Shown here piece after piece: positions 26,300-40,102 of a stretch of 64,000 nucleotides of DNA. Every line of letters begins with the position of its first letter. The stretch's first letter is position 1. The notes beneath the pieces are model-generated. The model ran no database searches, was not told the origin of the DNA, and was given only the letters and a program-made list of their open reading frames with translations. Source of the DNA: Marsupella aquatica (taxonomy: Eukaryota; Plantae; Marchantiophyta); the NCBI GenBank assembly GCA_973895155.1, contig OZ316891.1, positions 27,751,561 through 27,815,560 on the forward strand, read 5' to 3'. The translations under genes were made by a program, and so were the position numbers.

Positions 26300-29200
26300 A
26301 AAGTTTGTGATAACTTAAGTACACTTTCCTTTAAATTCTCCAGTATTCGTGTTCCTTAGAGCCAAACCTGAGACCTTTTCATTATGGGCACAAATATGTG
26401 ACTTGTTTACAATCTTGCATAGACATCTCACTCTTTCTCTGAAGCACGGTATACCTCCAAAGATAAGATCCGTATAGAGGTATACCGTGCCCCTTATCTT
26501 TGGAGGTATGCTCACAACGAATCTCTTTGACAAAGTTTGAGGATGCGCGAAAGCATGAGTCAACCAACGCATACAGGCAGCCCCAACAATTGCGATCACT
26601 GAAGTTTGGTTTTCTTTTGAAATTTAATTGTGATTAGTGTCATCCCAACGACTTCATATATAACTGCTTGTAACGATTTATCAATATTAGAGATGGTCCC
26701 CTCACAGTGGAAACCGTGTATACTAACTTGCAAGTGTTGTTCAAGGTACTGAAATTCCCATGGGGCTTAAGCCAAGATCATCTTCGAAAGCACATTGTGC
26801 TTTAACCCACACACTGTCTTCAACCTGCCATACGTAGGTCTCCTGCAATTTTGGCCAACATTTCTACTGTGAGAACTGTCCACCCTGCGTTCTAGTCGTT
26901 CCGTCTTCAAGTTCCCTTCCTGAGAACATCTATGGCTTCCTCATGAGAGGCAAGTCTTCTCAGTCTTATCAGTCCTCATCGTTCACTAACCAAACCTTTC
27001 AGGAACTGAACTGCATTTGTGAAAGTAGTTCTAAGAAAAGCAAAGTATCCATAAGGGACACCTTGCCCTGGGGGACCGGCCAGATGAACAAATACAATCA
27101 ATATGATGAGAGCTTCATCGTCAACCCAAAGAATTGAAGAGCATCCCAATAATCAGGACTGGGATGGATATTTCCTATATCAACGACACATTTTACTCCC
27201 ACGCACCCCACCAACTCTTCTACTTAATATCATCTTTGTGAAGGTGGACTTCGTCAAACAAGATTATGGGGATGAAGGACAGTGCCTTCGTAAATGGGCC
27301 CGTACTGGGAGAGGGACAATGTCTGAATCCACCAAAATCAAGGCTTACAAGGGTCAGGTGGCTACGATAGCCCACCAAAATCATTAGTCAAAAAATGTAA
27401 AATCTGAAGGTTGCACATCGTGTTGCCAGGTCGTCGACTCCCCTCCAACGTGTAAGGAAAGTGTTCGACGTCAAAGTCAGCTCTCACACCTTTGAAACGA
27501 TTCTCAAATCTGCATGCCTAGGATACTAGCCGTGACTACTGTGAAACTGCATTCATCGTTAAGCGCTGTTATCAGGAACCGCTTTCATTATGGACCATTA
27601 ATGAAAAACGAGTCAAGTGCCTACATAGTTCAGACATTTCTGCTTACATGATAGTCCCAGCGTTAGTTGACGATGGCCATGGGGGCTCAGAAACAGGTAC
27701 AGTAAAAGATCTGAACAGAGAGTGAGGTATCAATCAAGTGTAGCCAAGATCATATGTCTGTGTCCTATGTTGGATACAAGACCCCATAAACGGTTACAGC
27801 AGAAAACAGACTTCTCAACTTACAATGGAATTTATTTATTTAACAACCACGTCCCAGTGGAGAGGAAAAATAATAATTACAGTCAATCTACTTTCCCGGC
27901 TTGTGCCTTAATGCTCAAAGAATAAGCCCCACCACCACTATAAAAACCTTTGAACTGAAGAGAGTTGTTCCCCAAAAACCCTGCAACACGTAACAATTAA
28001 TCATTAAACACCAAGGAGTGTGACGAGACAACCATCACATCGTCTTCTGACAGAACTTGAGAATGTGCCGGTGTCTCACCTGAGATGTCTCCAGTACATC
28101 CTAAAGACTATTGGTGCGCAAAGCGTTTCTCACGTAAAAACTGTCATTGAGTGTCTCACGTAAAACCTGTTATCCACTCGTGTCGTGAACAGAAGACCGA
28201 ACATGGCTCACAGAGGGAAGCGTAAGTGAGCACACACCTATTTCAGTCAATTGACGTGTCAAGCTGAATCCTGCTTTGGGAGGGCTCCCAGTTGATACGG
28301 AAAATATAGGAGACAAAGTAGTTTTCTCATTCAATTTTTGAACGACCTGCAAAGAGAAACCCTCCTCCATTAACCAACTGACTCGGCAAGATGGTGACAA
28401 TCAACAACTCAGTTTCAACCATGCCTTGAGACGTGGAACTGACAACATAGGGGCTCCTGACAGCGACAATGGTCCCCAATGAAACACTATGCTGTTCCAA
28501 GAAAGGAAATTCATTTATATTGCACTAGAACAAAGTGTTTCACCTGAAAAATAAACTGACTTCGGGCAGAATCATCGCTGTTGTATCTTGAGAAGAACGT
28601 AATTGTCCGATGAACTCTACAGGGACCGAAAGACAAATCAGATATACCATCAAGGGTGCATTTAGGCCAAAGTAACCGCAGAACCGACCAAGCAAATATC
28701 ATGTATTCACTCGGCTGGCATAGCTAAGGGTAAACTCAACACACATATTAAAAAACCGTCTACGAAATCTTCACATATTTCTCAACCTATCCGAGGGAAA
28801 TGCAAATTCCATGAACGCATTGCCTGATATCAGGAGGGGGGCAAAAATACTGACTTGTGGGATATAGCAAGGCCCCAGGATAATCTGGATTCAAACTTGG
28901 AAGAAACAAAAGTTGACATTGATTGTCTGTCCTGATCAGACCTGCATGGAATATGCCACTCATTGCCTCAGAAGATATTTCAATATTGAACAACGTCTAC
29001 GGTCTGTTTGGAGAAGTGAGCTAGATAACCATTTTCCGAACGAGCTACCTTATGATTTCAGGTTTATGAAAGTTACAATGATTAAACGAACGGGTCACTT
29101 ATTAACGTTCTATGCATACAAGATTAGACCCAGCTACTGTAGATGCCTGTCCCACTAATCATTTCAGTTGAGAAATGTCAGCCGGTTACCACATTTTAAC

Positions 29201-30850
29201 AAGGAACAAAGGAAAGCTCGGAGTAGTTTCTGCACCCCAGTGTGCTTTCTAATGTCAACCGGTGGCGACGATTGAGATCTGTTGCAGCAGTGAGGCCGAT
29301 GTGGCCACCATGACCGAGGGTCATTTCTTGGCTCCGTGGTCTTGGAAATGTATGTCTCATTTTCAACCTCATCTCAAGCATCCGAATTCTCGTTCCTCGA
29401 AGCATGGCCTCCACTGAAGTCCTCGAATTAATCTGCAATAGAAAAAGTAACCCAATAAATATTTGTAACAAAATGCGAGTCCTTCTGTGAAGGGTTTAAT
29501 GAGAACAATGCTTCACATGCTCTAGCGCATTAGGCAGGCTTCCTGTCTTCATTTCACACAGTATTAAGGCACCAAACAGAGCTGGAGATTTTGAATCCCA
29601 AGGGCAAGCGTTACGAGACACCTTTCTTACTGCCTCTATGGACAGCTCCCTCTGTCTGTCAAGATCTTTCAGGTTGTCGAGGGGAAGGAAAACTAGGACA
29701 CAACTCAAAATCCACGAGTTGGACAAGATTGCATCGCTATGTGAATAACAAGGCTATTATCTCTAGGAGGGCAATGTTTGCAACGCCATCATGTTGAAGG
29801 GGAACCCCCGGGCTCTATCGACTATATCAACACTGGGGATAATTGGCAGGCATTCCTTTTACTATCTGCAAATAGGAGACGCTAAAAGCTTCACCAGGAG
29901 CTAGTGGTGCCTGTAATTAGAATTCAGACATGGGATGCAGTACCTTGCCAACACAAATTCGCAGAATCACATCTTTTGACTACAATGTAGTTTTTCCGGG
30001 AAGAGTTTTGGGACACGATCCAAGGTCTTTCTATCGGGGATCTATAAACAGCTAGTGAAAGTTTCAATCCCGGAGTTTCACTTCTACTCCCATAAACACC
30101 ATCCGGCTGAATGGCGTCGGAACAAATCAGATTAGGGTTCACTGAATTCGTTTCCAAGGTAGTGTAAGAAGAAAATTTGCAAACGTCCACAAGGAATGCT
30201 GCTTTGTCCCATGAGTCAAATGCAATTTTCCTCTCCTTTTCAAGTGGATGTAGGTCATCAAGTATCACCCCCTGCGCTTCAGAGATCGTCACCACAATGA
30301 AGAACTAAGGCAATTCTTCTGATGCGATTAGGCAGAGCTTGAACTGCTACAGAAGGCAAATCTCGGAGCGGCGGTGGCCGCAGAACAACATCAACCTCGA
30401 CTCGTTTATCTCGAATCACAAACCCAAGACTGGATAGCTCAACAATCTCAGCTTGCGGATTAACTCAAGGCTCCCTCAAACCGATCATTCGTCGCCCCAA
30501 CACACAGCCGGTCAGCAATCTCACAATTTCGAAGCCCAGAGGTCTGGAAAGAAACAAACCGGTATGGAGGACGCGAAGCTGAAGAAATCTTGCAGCGGAG
30601 CTCGCTGCACTGAGATGTGGTGCTGCCGCAGCTGAGCCGTGGAAGAAGCAGAAGACGCAGAAGAAGACGCAGAAGAAGACGCAGAGGCTAGAGATGTCGT
30701 TGCCCTGTCGTGCAGGAGTCGAGCCCCTGCTTGGGTCCGCCATGACGGAGGAGGACGCTCCAAGGCCCGCACCAGCTCCATCGCTCGAAGCTCGAGCAAA
30801 TCGACTGAGGTGTTTGGCGATGGAGATTGTGAAGCTCCTCATCTGCTCTA
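26300..30850 (-). pseudogene. Unidentified decayed coding-like region (pseudogene or transposase remnant)
   Basis: Interrupted minus-strand ORF pieces, plausible minus-strand acceptors near 29866 and 29433, a GC-rich 5' part and a telo-box AAACCCTAA near 30850. No domain was securely recognised. Confidence 0.25.
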
Positions 30851-30896
30851 AACCCTAATAAACACAGTGCCCAACAAAAAAACACAAAGAATTGAA

Positions 30897-31325
30897 GCCC
30901 GCATGGACCACAATGTTGGTCTTCGAAGCCCCCATGGACCACATTTCCCAAAATTTGAGTATAATTGTGATAACTTGATATTCAGAAAGTCAAATATTTG
31001 TTGGTTGTACTTTTTTCTAGTGTACTTTAGTAAGTAAAGTACACTACCATCAAAGTGACACTGAAGTTTTGTCAATTTTTTGTTGAGCCTTCCATCAATG
31101 ATTGGGGAAAGATTAAATTTTATTAATTAACATGAAATATTTGGGCTTGTGTTTTGTACTTGCCCACCTTCTCCACTTGCCTTGTAGATGCAAACTACCA
31201 ATAGTTTAAGGACTCATAATCATCAAGTGACGGTCCAATTCTAGATGCAAAACTACCAATAGTTTAAGGACTCATAATCATCAAGTGGTACACATGAGCA
31301 CTCTGTTCAATATGGTGGTCCATCA
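30897..31325 (+). mobile_element. Dispersed repeat copy A (DNA-transposon terminal or MITE-like)
   Basis: Reverse-complement similarity to 44865-45447 in three collinear blocks: ggaccacatttcccaaaattt; accatcaaagtgacactgaagttttgtca; gactcataatcatcaagt. Confidence 0.6.
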
Positions 31326-31419
31326 GTTTCACAAAAACAAAGAAATGAAGGCACAAAAAACATATTTGCTGAATATGGTCAAGTAGAGACCTAAGCTAGG
31401 ATGGGCCTAGAGTTGATCC

Positions 31420-32075
31420 TACACATCCCCACGAACTCTTTAGAGTCATTACCTACTTTACATGGACCCACACTTTGTCTATGCCCATCCCCATGGACTC
31501 CTTGAAGTCATCTCCCAGTTTACATGGACCAGGTCATCAGCCAGTTTACATAGACCAAGAGGTTGTTCCTACCCATTCCCATGGACTCCTTAATTAAAGT
31601 CATCAGCCAGTTTACATGGACCAAGCCATTGTCCCTACCCATCCCCACGGACTCCTTAGAGTCATCAGCCAGTTAATATCCCCATGGACCAAGACGTTGT
31701 CATCGCCTGTTTACATGGACAGAAACATTGTCTTCCCATCCCCATAGACTGCTTAGAGGTCATTGGCAAGTTTACATGGACTGAAATGCTAAGTGTCTGC
31801 CCATCCCCATGGACTGAGAGTCATTGGCCCAACTTACATAAACCGCGACATTGTCACTGCCCATCCTCATGACTCCTTAATGTCATCTCCCAGTTTATAT
31901 GGACCAAGACGGCATCCCTGCCCATCCACATGGGTTGCTTAAAGTCATGCTAGCTTACATGGACCAAGATGCCATCTCCACTCATCCACCTGGATTGCTT
32001 GAATTCATGCCACTTTGCATGGACTGAGACTTATCCCTCCCCATCCCCTTGGAATGCTTAAACTCATGCCAGTTT
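31420..32075. repeat. Degenerate minisatellite with a unit of about 60 bp, roughly 10-11 copies
   Basis: Recurrent agtcatcagccagtttacatggaccaag...cccatccccatggactcctta. Confidence 0.9.
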
Positions 32076-33082
32076 AAACAGGAAAGAATGATGCCCTAAA
32101 TAGTTTTTCAGGAACATTATCAATTGTGTCGGGCTGTTTTTTTTCAGATTTGTCTATTCATTGGGACTACTTTTGAGTCTTAGTTTAAGCTCAAATTTGG
32201 TGAGCATGAGCTCTGACTTCCAAACTACTATTTGACAAAGCTTGAGATGTTTTTTAGATCACTTATTGCATTTCGAATGAGCATAAAGATGGTCAGTATT
32301 ATAATTCAATTGAGAATGGAAGCTTCTAGTTTGGACATGAGGAGTGAGTGATCACTTTTGGAAATGTTTTGGGGCTCTGTAGAAGCATTACCAATAGAAG
32401 GGGCTTTCCAGTGAGCCTGATATTGTAAATTTCATTGTGAATTGAGAGACCTAGTTTCCAAGGACAGGGATGTTTTTTTGGCACATTTCACTCTTGGGTG
32501 TAATAGTACCATCTAATCAGGAAACGGTTTTCTTGCAGGCCATCCAAGTACTGAAAGTCTATCTAGACAAGGAGGTACATTCACATGTCTATTTTCAAAA
32601 AATCCAGCAAGGACTAAACCCAGAAAAAAGTGGAAGAAAAGTCTACTCCAGATTGAAAACTAATCTTACTTATAAATCTGCAACTACAAGCTAGAGTTGG
32701 GGCCTAGGCTTTTAGAATGAAGCCTCTTGACCATAACTCCATGGCTCATCATGTAGAATGATAAGAAAATTGATGTCTATGATGCATGTCATGTCAAATG
32801 ATAATCATGATTGTTGTTTTTGTTATGATTTCCATTTATATTAAAAATTGATCTCTATGACCCCACCATATTATATGTGCATAAGTGGGATGTAAGATAG
32901 AAACACTACAGATGTGCATAGAAAAAAGTACTATGGTAGGTTATGTCTGATTATTAAAATGATGATATGCGTGATATTTTTTTATCATTTCATTAATCTT
33001 CAAAATATATGAATAAAGAATATATTTTGGTGACATTTTTATTGTCCTCCTTACTATTCATGTTCAAAGAATGGGTAATCAG

Positions 33083-33311
33083 GGCTAGTGAAAATTAAAC
33101 CAAGACTAATGAGGCTAGTGAAAATTAAACCAAGACTAATGACTACATGTAACGTACAACTAATTCTGCAGTGGGATTATCAATATCTTTACCTGTGCAA
33201 TAATTCCAACTAAATCTGCAGTGGGATTATCAATATCTTTACCTGTGCAATAATTCCAACTAAATCTGCAGTGGGATTATCAATATCTTTACCTGTGCAA
33301 TAATTCCAACT
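33083..33311. repeat. Adjacent short tandem repeats: 30 bp x2 and 50 bp x3 (near-perfect)
   Basis: ggctagtgaaaattaaaccaagactaatga occurs twice. caactaaatctgcagtgggattatcaatatctttacctgtgcaataattc occurs three times from 33157. Confidence 0.95.
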
Positions 33312-35990
33312 CGGAGCCGAGGTCCAAACTTAAACTGTCTATGTCCCAATTTATATATGTACTCAGTTATGTGCTAATCTTAATATCTTAAAAGGTTTAA
33401 TCTCAGGTTCAAGCCCAGTTTAAAAGTTTACTTAGTTACATGTTGGTGGAGCACTGGTTGCCATAATACTCTAGACCAAAATGTTCCTGGCAATTTTAAC
33501 AATGTTTAGTTTCTTATTAAGAAGTCTCAAAGCTCCAAATTTGATGTACCATCACTAAGTAATTAATGTTATTGACAGAAAAAGTTATGGACTACCAACA
33601 TTGTATTCCATAACTTGTTGCAAGAAAGATTGATGTGTACCATGACTTTTATCCTTTACATAACCCTGTGAAAATGTTCCACCCATTTTTTTATGGCGAA
33701 AAGCCATCATCTGTACCTTTGAAGCTCTGAGACAACATGTTGAAATCCACTGGCTCATGGAGGACACTTCTGATGCCCATGCTGAAGGTAAAGATAGTGA
33801 GCTAGTATCAATACAAGGATTTTAGGAAACAGCCCCTGGTGGATGACTACTCTTCATAAATGGTCCAGAAGCCCAGCAAGAGGGACACACATTACAACCC
33901 ACACTGTTTGCACTCAAATACAATTATGCAGGTCTGGTCTGGGGTTACTAGTCTCTAATAGGATAATGCAGGTCTGGTCTAGGATTACTCTGGGGATACT
34001 AGCCTCTAACCCATTGACCAGAAAATGAAGAAAACCTGACTGGCAACAACAGGGGACGGTTTTTTGAGTTTTCTTGGGGCAGGGTTCAGACTAGAACTCC
34101 TGCCCACACATGCATTATAGTGTGCAATTTCTCTCAGGGAAAGGGTTACTTTTGGGCAACACATTATGGGTTACCCAATGACGGTTACCTGCTTTCCTGA
34201 CAGAATTTAGGCAACCAACCTTGGAATGAATGATAACAATGGCAGCAGGAGAGGCATGGAAACATTACCAAACAGTCAAGACAATCGGGACCACAACTAA
34301 GCATCCAAGGGGATGCCGACAGAAAGGGATTCGTCAGCTGAACTTTTGCAATGTTGCCCCTTACGCGAACAAAATCTGTGGATCTGGGAGAAGAAGAGAA
34401 GAAGAGTAGAAGAGCTCGAGCAAATAGACGACAGTAATCGTCAATCTTGTACAGACTCAATTTCTCTTTGCGTGATTGGCCCAATCAACTTCTCAAAACG
34501 AGCCTGATCTTCATAAGATATGAATTTCTCCCCCACGATCGAACCGAAGCCTGTCAAGACGACTTGGCTGACAAAGGATTGGACTTGGGTCTGTAGAGCA
34601 GGGCAAATCACGAATGGCAGGATTTTGGGCCGGATGATTGATCAAATACAGAAAGCCAGATCAAGAAGAAGGGAGAAACACTGGAAAACTTACAGGCACG
34701 TGAAATTGAGTCAGCAAAAACTGGTCGGACTAAGAGATGGATGAAGATCTTCGTCCCATTTGGAAAGTACCCTAAAATGGTGGACAAGGCAGAAAGGATG
34801 TAGCTAGTATAGAGCCTCCCCTGCCCGATTAGGAAGATGAAGTCATCCCTTTTCCTCTAGGAGCATGGAGCACCGTGTGATTGACCAGCCACTAAATAAC
34901 AACACTCAGTAGAACTTCATGAAGACTTCACCTCTGTAAGACACATTGAGCCCAACAGACTCCGCCACGCGGAAAAGGCTTCCCTAACAACGCTCTCTGA
35001 AGAGTGCTGTCAATCTTGTGTTTTAACCTGAGGCTAATCAATTGATGGGCCGAATAGGTTACGTAAGTGAAACAAGGAAAGCCATAACAAAGCCAGGTGA
35101 AGATGAAGTTCACATGGATAAATTGAAGACATTGAACTCCAACATCACTAGAACTGGAATGTGTTGGAGTACTCCTGAAAACGCCCTCTGAAGTATCCAA
35201 CTGCAGACTTGCTCAATGCTGGCTCGATAAGAGTGTGCGTGGAGACTATCCAAGTCGGACTAATATAGTGCCGCAGTTCTTCATTCTACTACGGCCGAGA
35301 CTTTCGTCATTTGGAGTTCAACACATGTCAACGAACTGATATAACTAAGATGAGAAAGCAAGCACGAATCGCTAGGTTAAAATTCAGAGCTCCTCTTCCT
35401 TCACCTTGCCTGGGAGGAATGGAGGCAGGTACCCATCTCCACCTTCTCCTTTGTTGGAAACGAAGCAACGAAGGCCAAAGACCAAAATTAATCAAAATTT
35501 GGCAACTATGAGAATTATCGGTTCTCATCAATAACCAGTCGTCAGCGAGTATCCCATCGTCAGAAGCAGCAGTACCAGGCCACAGCGAAAAAAACGTGAC
35601 AGTGAGGTATCTCACCAACCCCAAACACTCAATATCGTACGTATGTGACAGCGATGGCCACAACCGATAGTATTGACGAGGGTTCGAGAGAAAGAGAGGG
35701 CAAAAACTATCTTCGATATTGGCAGAGACAGATTCCCTGTCATAGACAGTGCCTTGCTGTGGCTGCACCGAGGAGACATTTCCTATGAGGAAAAAACTAC
35801 AGGCATCAACAGAAAGCACTCTCAGCGAACAGAGTCACCATTACCAGGATTTCGGAAGATTATGAGAATGCCAATTTACAGTAAGTACATGCCAAGACCA
35901 TGCTTCTCTGATAGACGGAGGCAGGACCACCATAGTCAGAGTGTGACTGGCCAAGGTTAGTCTTCGAGATGGACGGAAGGGCTAACTACC

Positions 35991-36407
35991 CTACACCTTT
36001 TTGGAGGCAGCTTGCTCATGGGCAGCAACGACTCCCAGAATGCCGCCTTCCCCGACAAGGATGCTGAAGGGGTTGTCGCCGAGGCCATCCGCAACAGCCA
36101 AGAGAATCTGCCTCACCTGCTCAATGAACTCGGCCTTATCCACATTCTCATTGTGGTCTGTATCGAACTGCTCGAACACCTGGTCGTAAATCACTTGCAG
36201 CTCTTCCGGGGTCTTCTTGTCCGGGACCCCAAAGTGGGATTCCAACAAGTTCAGCCTCTCGAACGCTGGCCTCAGCTCTGATCGAGACAGCACTCCATCG
36301 CTGTTCGCGTCCAGCTCCTTGAATATCGGTTCCACCGCCTTCATGAAAGCTGGCTCGTCCTCCACGAAAGTCCTCACCGTGCTCCCGTCTATGAACACCA
36401 CCCCCAT
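35991..36407 (-). CDS. Small calcium-binding EF-hand protein (two EF-hands, CCD1/At2g44310-like), 138 aa, intronless
   Basis: MGVVFIDGSTVRTFVEDE N-terminus, EF loops DANSDGVLSRSE and DTDHNENVDKAE, and C-terminal ILLAVADGLG are typical of this plant family. The ATG at 36407 is preferred over the longer ORF start. Confidence 0.92.
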   Translation of the reverse strand: MGVVFIDGSTVRTFVEDEPAFMKAVEPIFKELDANSDGVLSRSELRPAFERLNLLESHFGVPDKKTPEELQVIYDQVFEQFDTDHNENVDKAEFIEQVRQILLAVADGLGDNPFSILVGEGGILGVVAAHEQAASKKV

Positions 36408-38191
36408 TCTCGCCCTCCCTTCCTGCCGTCCCACCAAACCAGAATTAATTTGAATGAACTCCAATAGATATGCCAAAGCTGGGGAATGGCAGATGGAGTA
36501 GCTGAGAAGACAGGGACAGAGCTCTATCAATGAATTACAGGAATATTGGATTGAAGACAAACACTCTAGAACGCTTTCTTAGGAAATATACTTAGGAGTT
36601 TTGCGGATACAAACACGATGGATCAACACAGGTGTAAATCGGGCCAATGCGCAGAAACCAAAGGACTTCGAAACGCATTCGAAAACTCGAAACTTCTCCT
36701 TTCCTTGGCTGTCTGACTTCAGAGAGCTCCGGAGGGTACTTACAGAGACAGAACCAAACGACCTAGGAATTCTTTGAAAAGTTTCCTTGCCTCGGAGCTA
36801 TGAGTTCAGAAATCACCGGACGGCACTTTCAGAGACCGATCTTTCAAGGAATGAACCTGGAGAGTTCACCTGCAAAAGCAATACCGATTTCAGAAGTTTG
36901 CTAGCTCGGAATAAACTACCTGGTGACGCCACGAATTGGAAGAGACCTCGTCTGGCTATCAAAGCGGATTGGGGACTGAGGAGCTAGACTCAGAAGGAGA
37001 GACAGTCAAACAGCATGATGAGAATATCTGAATATGTCCAGTCCACGAGACACTTGTGCCAAACGAGGAGGGGCTGGCGTTGGCTGGAATTTCAAAGTAG
37101 AGAAGGCCCACCTCTGCCGTATGTCTGGGGTTAGACGAACTTCGTATCTGAGGACTTTACAGTACTCTACAATGAGTAGTAACCCAAACTAGACTCGAAG
37201 TCCTTCAGAATAACCGACAACTAAGCATTGTTGAATGACTCCTTACACACTTTCAATTCTGATTTCTTCAAGTAATTTAATTCGAGGAGAGGGACATCGT
37301 TCTGGTTGACTCCTTTGTCGCTTTAAACAGAATCGCTGCCAAATTTCTACAATGCAGTGCACGTGAACGGAATATTGGTCCAATCTCCAGAGTACTAAGG
37401 AAGAAATTTCCCGTTCTGCCTTGAACTGAACTACAAAAGTGCCAAACATTCCGGGTTGGGTCAATCCACAAGGGATGGGCCAGGCATGGTGAATCAGCCA
37501 GAGACGAAGGCGATGAGGTAATGCGCAATCAACATAAGAACTTCAGGAGACTCATTTTTCATTCCAAGGACTCATTTTGAGAAGCCAGAGTTCCCAATAA
37601 AGTGGCAGCTACATCAAGACAGTCCGATCCACTCCAATGATCATTATTCTGCACTTTCGAAGTTTGAGATTAGTACGCTGACCCTAAACTAAACTGTAGT
37701 GAGATTCAATTCAACTTTGGAAAGCACGTGTATAATTATCATCACTCTCTCCACTGACTCTCTAAAAGCTGCATGGGCAGTGGCTGCTCGAGTTTACTTA
37801 AGGACTACAACAGAACCTTCAGATTCATTTAGCACCTGTTCATTTAGCAACTGTTGATGGAGGGAAGAAATAAAGAAATTTACTGAAAAGGTACCAACAA
37901 GGTACCAACAATGTACAAAGAGAGAAAAAGTGCAAAAGGTCCCTAGAGCACTAAACCCTTAAAAAAACAACCGATGAGAAGATGGTTCTAAGAAATTTTC
38001 TCATTCCAATGAAAAACGTCCATTTCAAAAACAAAAAAAAGGAATACTAATACCCACCCACATTCTAAACTATAATACAAGGTCTCGCTCTTTTATAGAG
38101 TGGTCGTCATTTGAATGTGGAGGGCCCAAAAAAGTAAAACAATGAGAAGGAATAGACAAAAAGTTTAGTGTGGAGCTAAAAGGTGACACAC

Positions 38192-38514
38192 AACCAACTG
38201 GCTTTGGTCAATTGGCCAGAGGGTGAGCCTAGAACCGAGAGGTCCCAAGTTCAATCCTCCCTCCACACATAAGGGGTGTGGAGGGTATCTGTGTGTGTGT
38301 GGGTGGGGTGTAGTGGTGGGAGTATTGATTATCTCCTCAGCCCTGGTTGCCCACTTTGGGTTCTGGTTTAATCCTCTCTCCCTCCTGGTCTGGTCCCTGT
38401 CGGATCCCTGGGTATTGTCCCCTTGTGGCTGCCCTACATAGAAATGCATGCTCCAAAGCAGGACGTCTATCCTCTCTTGGATGGGTCTGCTTTCGATTTT
38501 CAAGGCAAAAAAAA
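38192..38514 (+). mobile_element. tRNA-derived SINE, full length, with poly(A) tail and target-site duplication
   Basis: Pol III A-box-like TGGTCAATTGG (38205-38215) and B-box-like AGTTCAATCC (38248-38257). An A12 run lies at 38507-38518, overlapping the right TSD. The flanking direct repeat AAAAGGTGACACAC is at 38178-38191 and 38515-38528. Confidence 0.88.
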
Positions 38515-39124
38515 AAAAGGTGACACACTTTTCCAAGCAAGAAAAGTGGGCTCTCGATGCACGAGTCTCCATTTGGTACCATCCATACATAAAGTGTTAC
38601 TCCCTCTGTAATTTTTTACCACTATAATACCTTATCCCTAATAAAAAAATGTGTACCAATTTTGACCTCTACCCAAGATGAAGAACTTAAAGCACAACTG
38701 CCCTTCAAAAGCTACGGGTTATCCTTAGATACCATTAAAAGGAGATTTTTCCTGAAATTGTGGAGCAAATTGGCATGCTAGAGGAGAAGAGTGATTGAAA
38801 TATGAAAAAGGGGGAGGTCTTGGACACTTCCCCTTATATAGGGGAAGTTGTGGTTTAATCAATAAAATATTTAAAATTATTAATATTTAAAATTAAATTG
38901 GAAATATTGGAAAAGAAATTGAGAATTTTGAAATGCTTTCAATATAAAAATTTAGAGTTAAAAAATGATATTTTTCCTGTCACTCAATTGTAACTCTATG
39001 ATGCGGTGGTCGTTATCTTGCGTCTCAACTTTCTACGCAAAATGGATGGGTTATTGAACATGAACACAAAAGTGTATGGCCAGGTCACACATAACATGTC
39101 TCAATTGTAAATTTGTAATTTCAA

Positions 39125-39553
39125 GTCTCGCCTTGACATCTTTTCTCCGTTTGACATGTTTTTCTAATCTTATCATATTTATCTCTCCTCAACATCTTTT
39201 CCTTGGCATCTTTTCTCACATTGATATCTTTATCTTATCACGATATTTTATTCTCACTTGACATTTTTCTCTCAACTTTAACATTTTTTCTCTCCACAAC
39301 AATTTTTGTCACCTTGATATCTTATGTTTTTTCATCTTGCCATCATTTTTTCACTTTGACATCATTTTTTCACTTTGACATATTTATCTCACCACAACAT
39401 CATTCCCTTAACCTCAACATCTTTTCCCCCCTCTTGTCCTCATCTTTACATGTTTTTCTCACCTTATCTGTTTTTCTCACCTCAGTATTTTTTTCTATCA
39501 TCAACATCTTTTTTTCATTTCGAATTTTGTGCAAGGCACAGGTATTTGGCTAT
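39125..39553 (+). mobile_element. Helitron-like 3' portion with degenerate 19-bp minisatellite (same family as 25285-25754)
   Basis: A ttgacatc-type array is followed by hairpin TGTGC-AAG-GCACA (39528-39540) and ggtatttgg-CTAT, a mutated CTAG. Confidence 0.6.
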
Positions 39554-40102
39554 CAGATAGAAAACTACAAATATACCTACCTGTTGATACTGAGCCTGGT
39601 CGTCAATCAACCTTTCTTTATCTAAAGACAATACTCAACATATTCTCAGAATCCAACTGTTTCACTGCGCAAAAGTTAGCACGAACTTTGGGCCTTTCCC
39701 TTTTAGAGAAGTCTTCACCCAAAAGCGTGTGTCTTAGTGCCCAAAAGTCTTTCAGTGAGAGCCCAAAAGTCTTTCTGTGAGAAGTGCTACTAGAGCAGGC
39801 GTTAATTAATTGAGATTTCTTGGAGAAGAGCTACCATAGCAGGCCTTAGTTGAGCAGCGGATCGTGTTTCACACGAATCCGATTCGTGCTGAACCGGAGA
39901 AAGGACCTGGCATTCGAATCAATGGGCAGATGGGTTTTCAGAGTGCTGTCCACTTCTCCATGCTCAACATGTGGGAAGTCCACAGACTGGTCCCTACTCT
40001 TCCCGTGATTTCCGGAGAGTGGACCAGCTGCCATTATTCCCTATGGTAGTTTAGGTGGGTGGTGGACTGTTGAAGCTGCACCCGTCGAAGCTTACACAGT
40101 CG

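Noticed and set aside
33157-33311. Regular repeats as a CRISPR array (also 63427-63651)
   Set aside because: Head-to-tail units without unique spacers, a eukaryotic context and no cas genes.
34185-35960. Cluster of short ORFs downstream of the EF-hand gene
   Set aside because: All frames are interrupted, with no recognisable domain or consistent splice pattern.
38192-38265. Possible tRNA gene
   Set aside because: No cloverleaf or acceptor stem; better explained as the SINE head.
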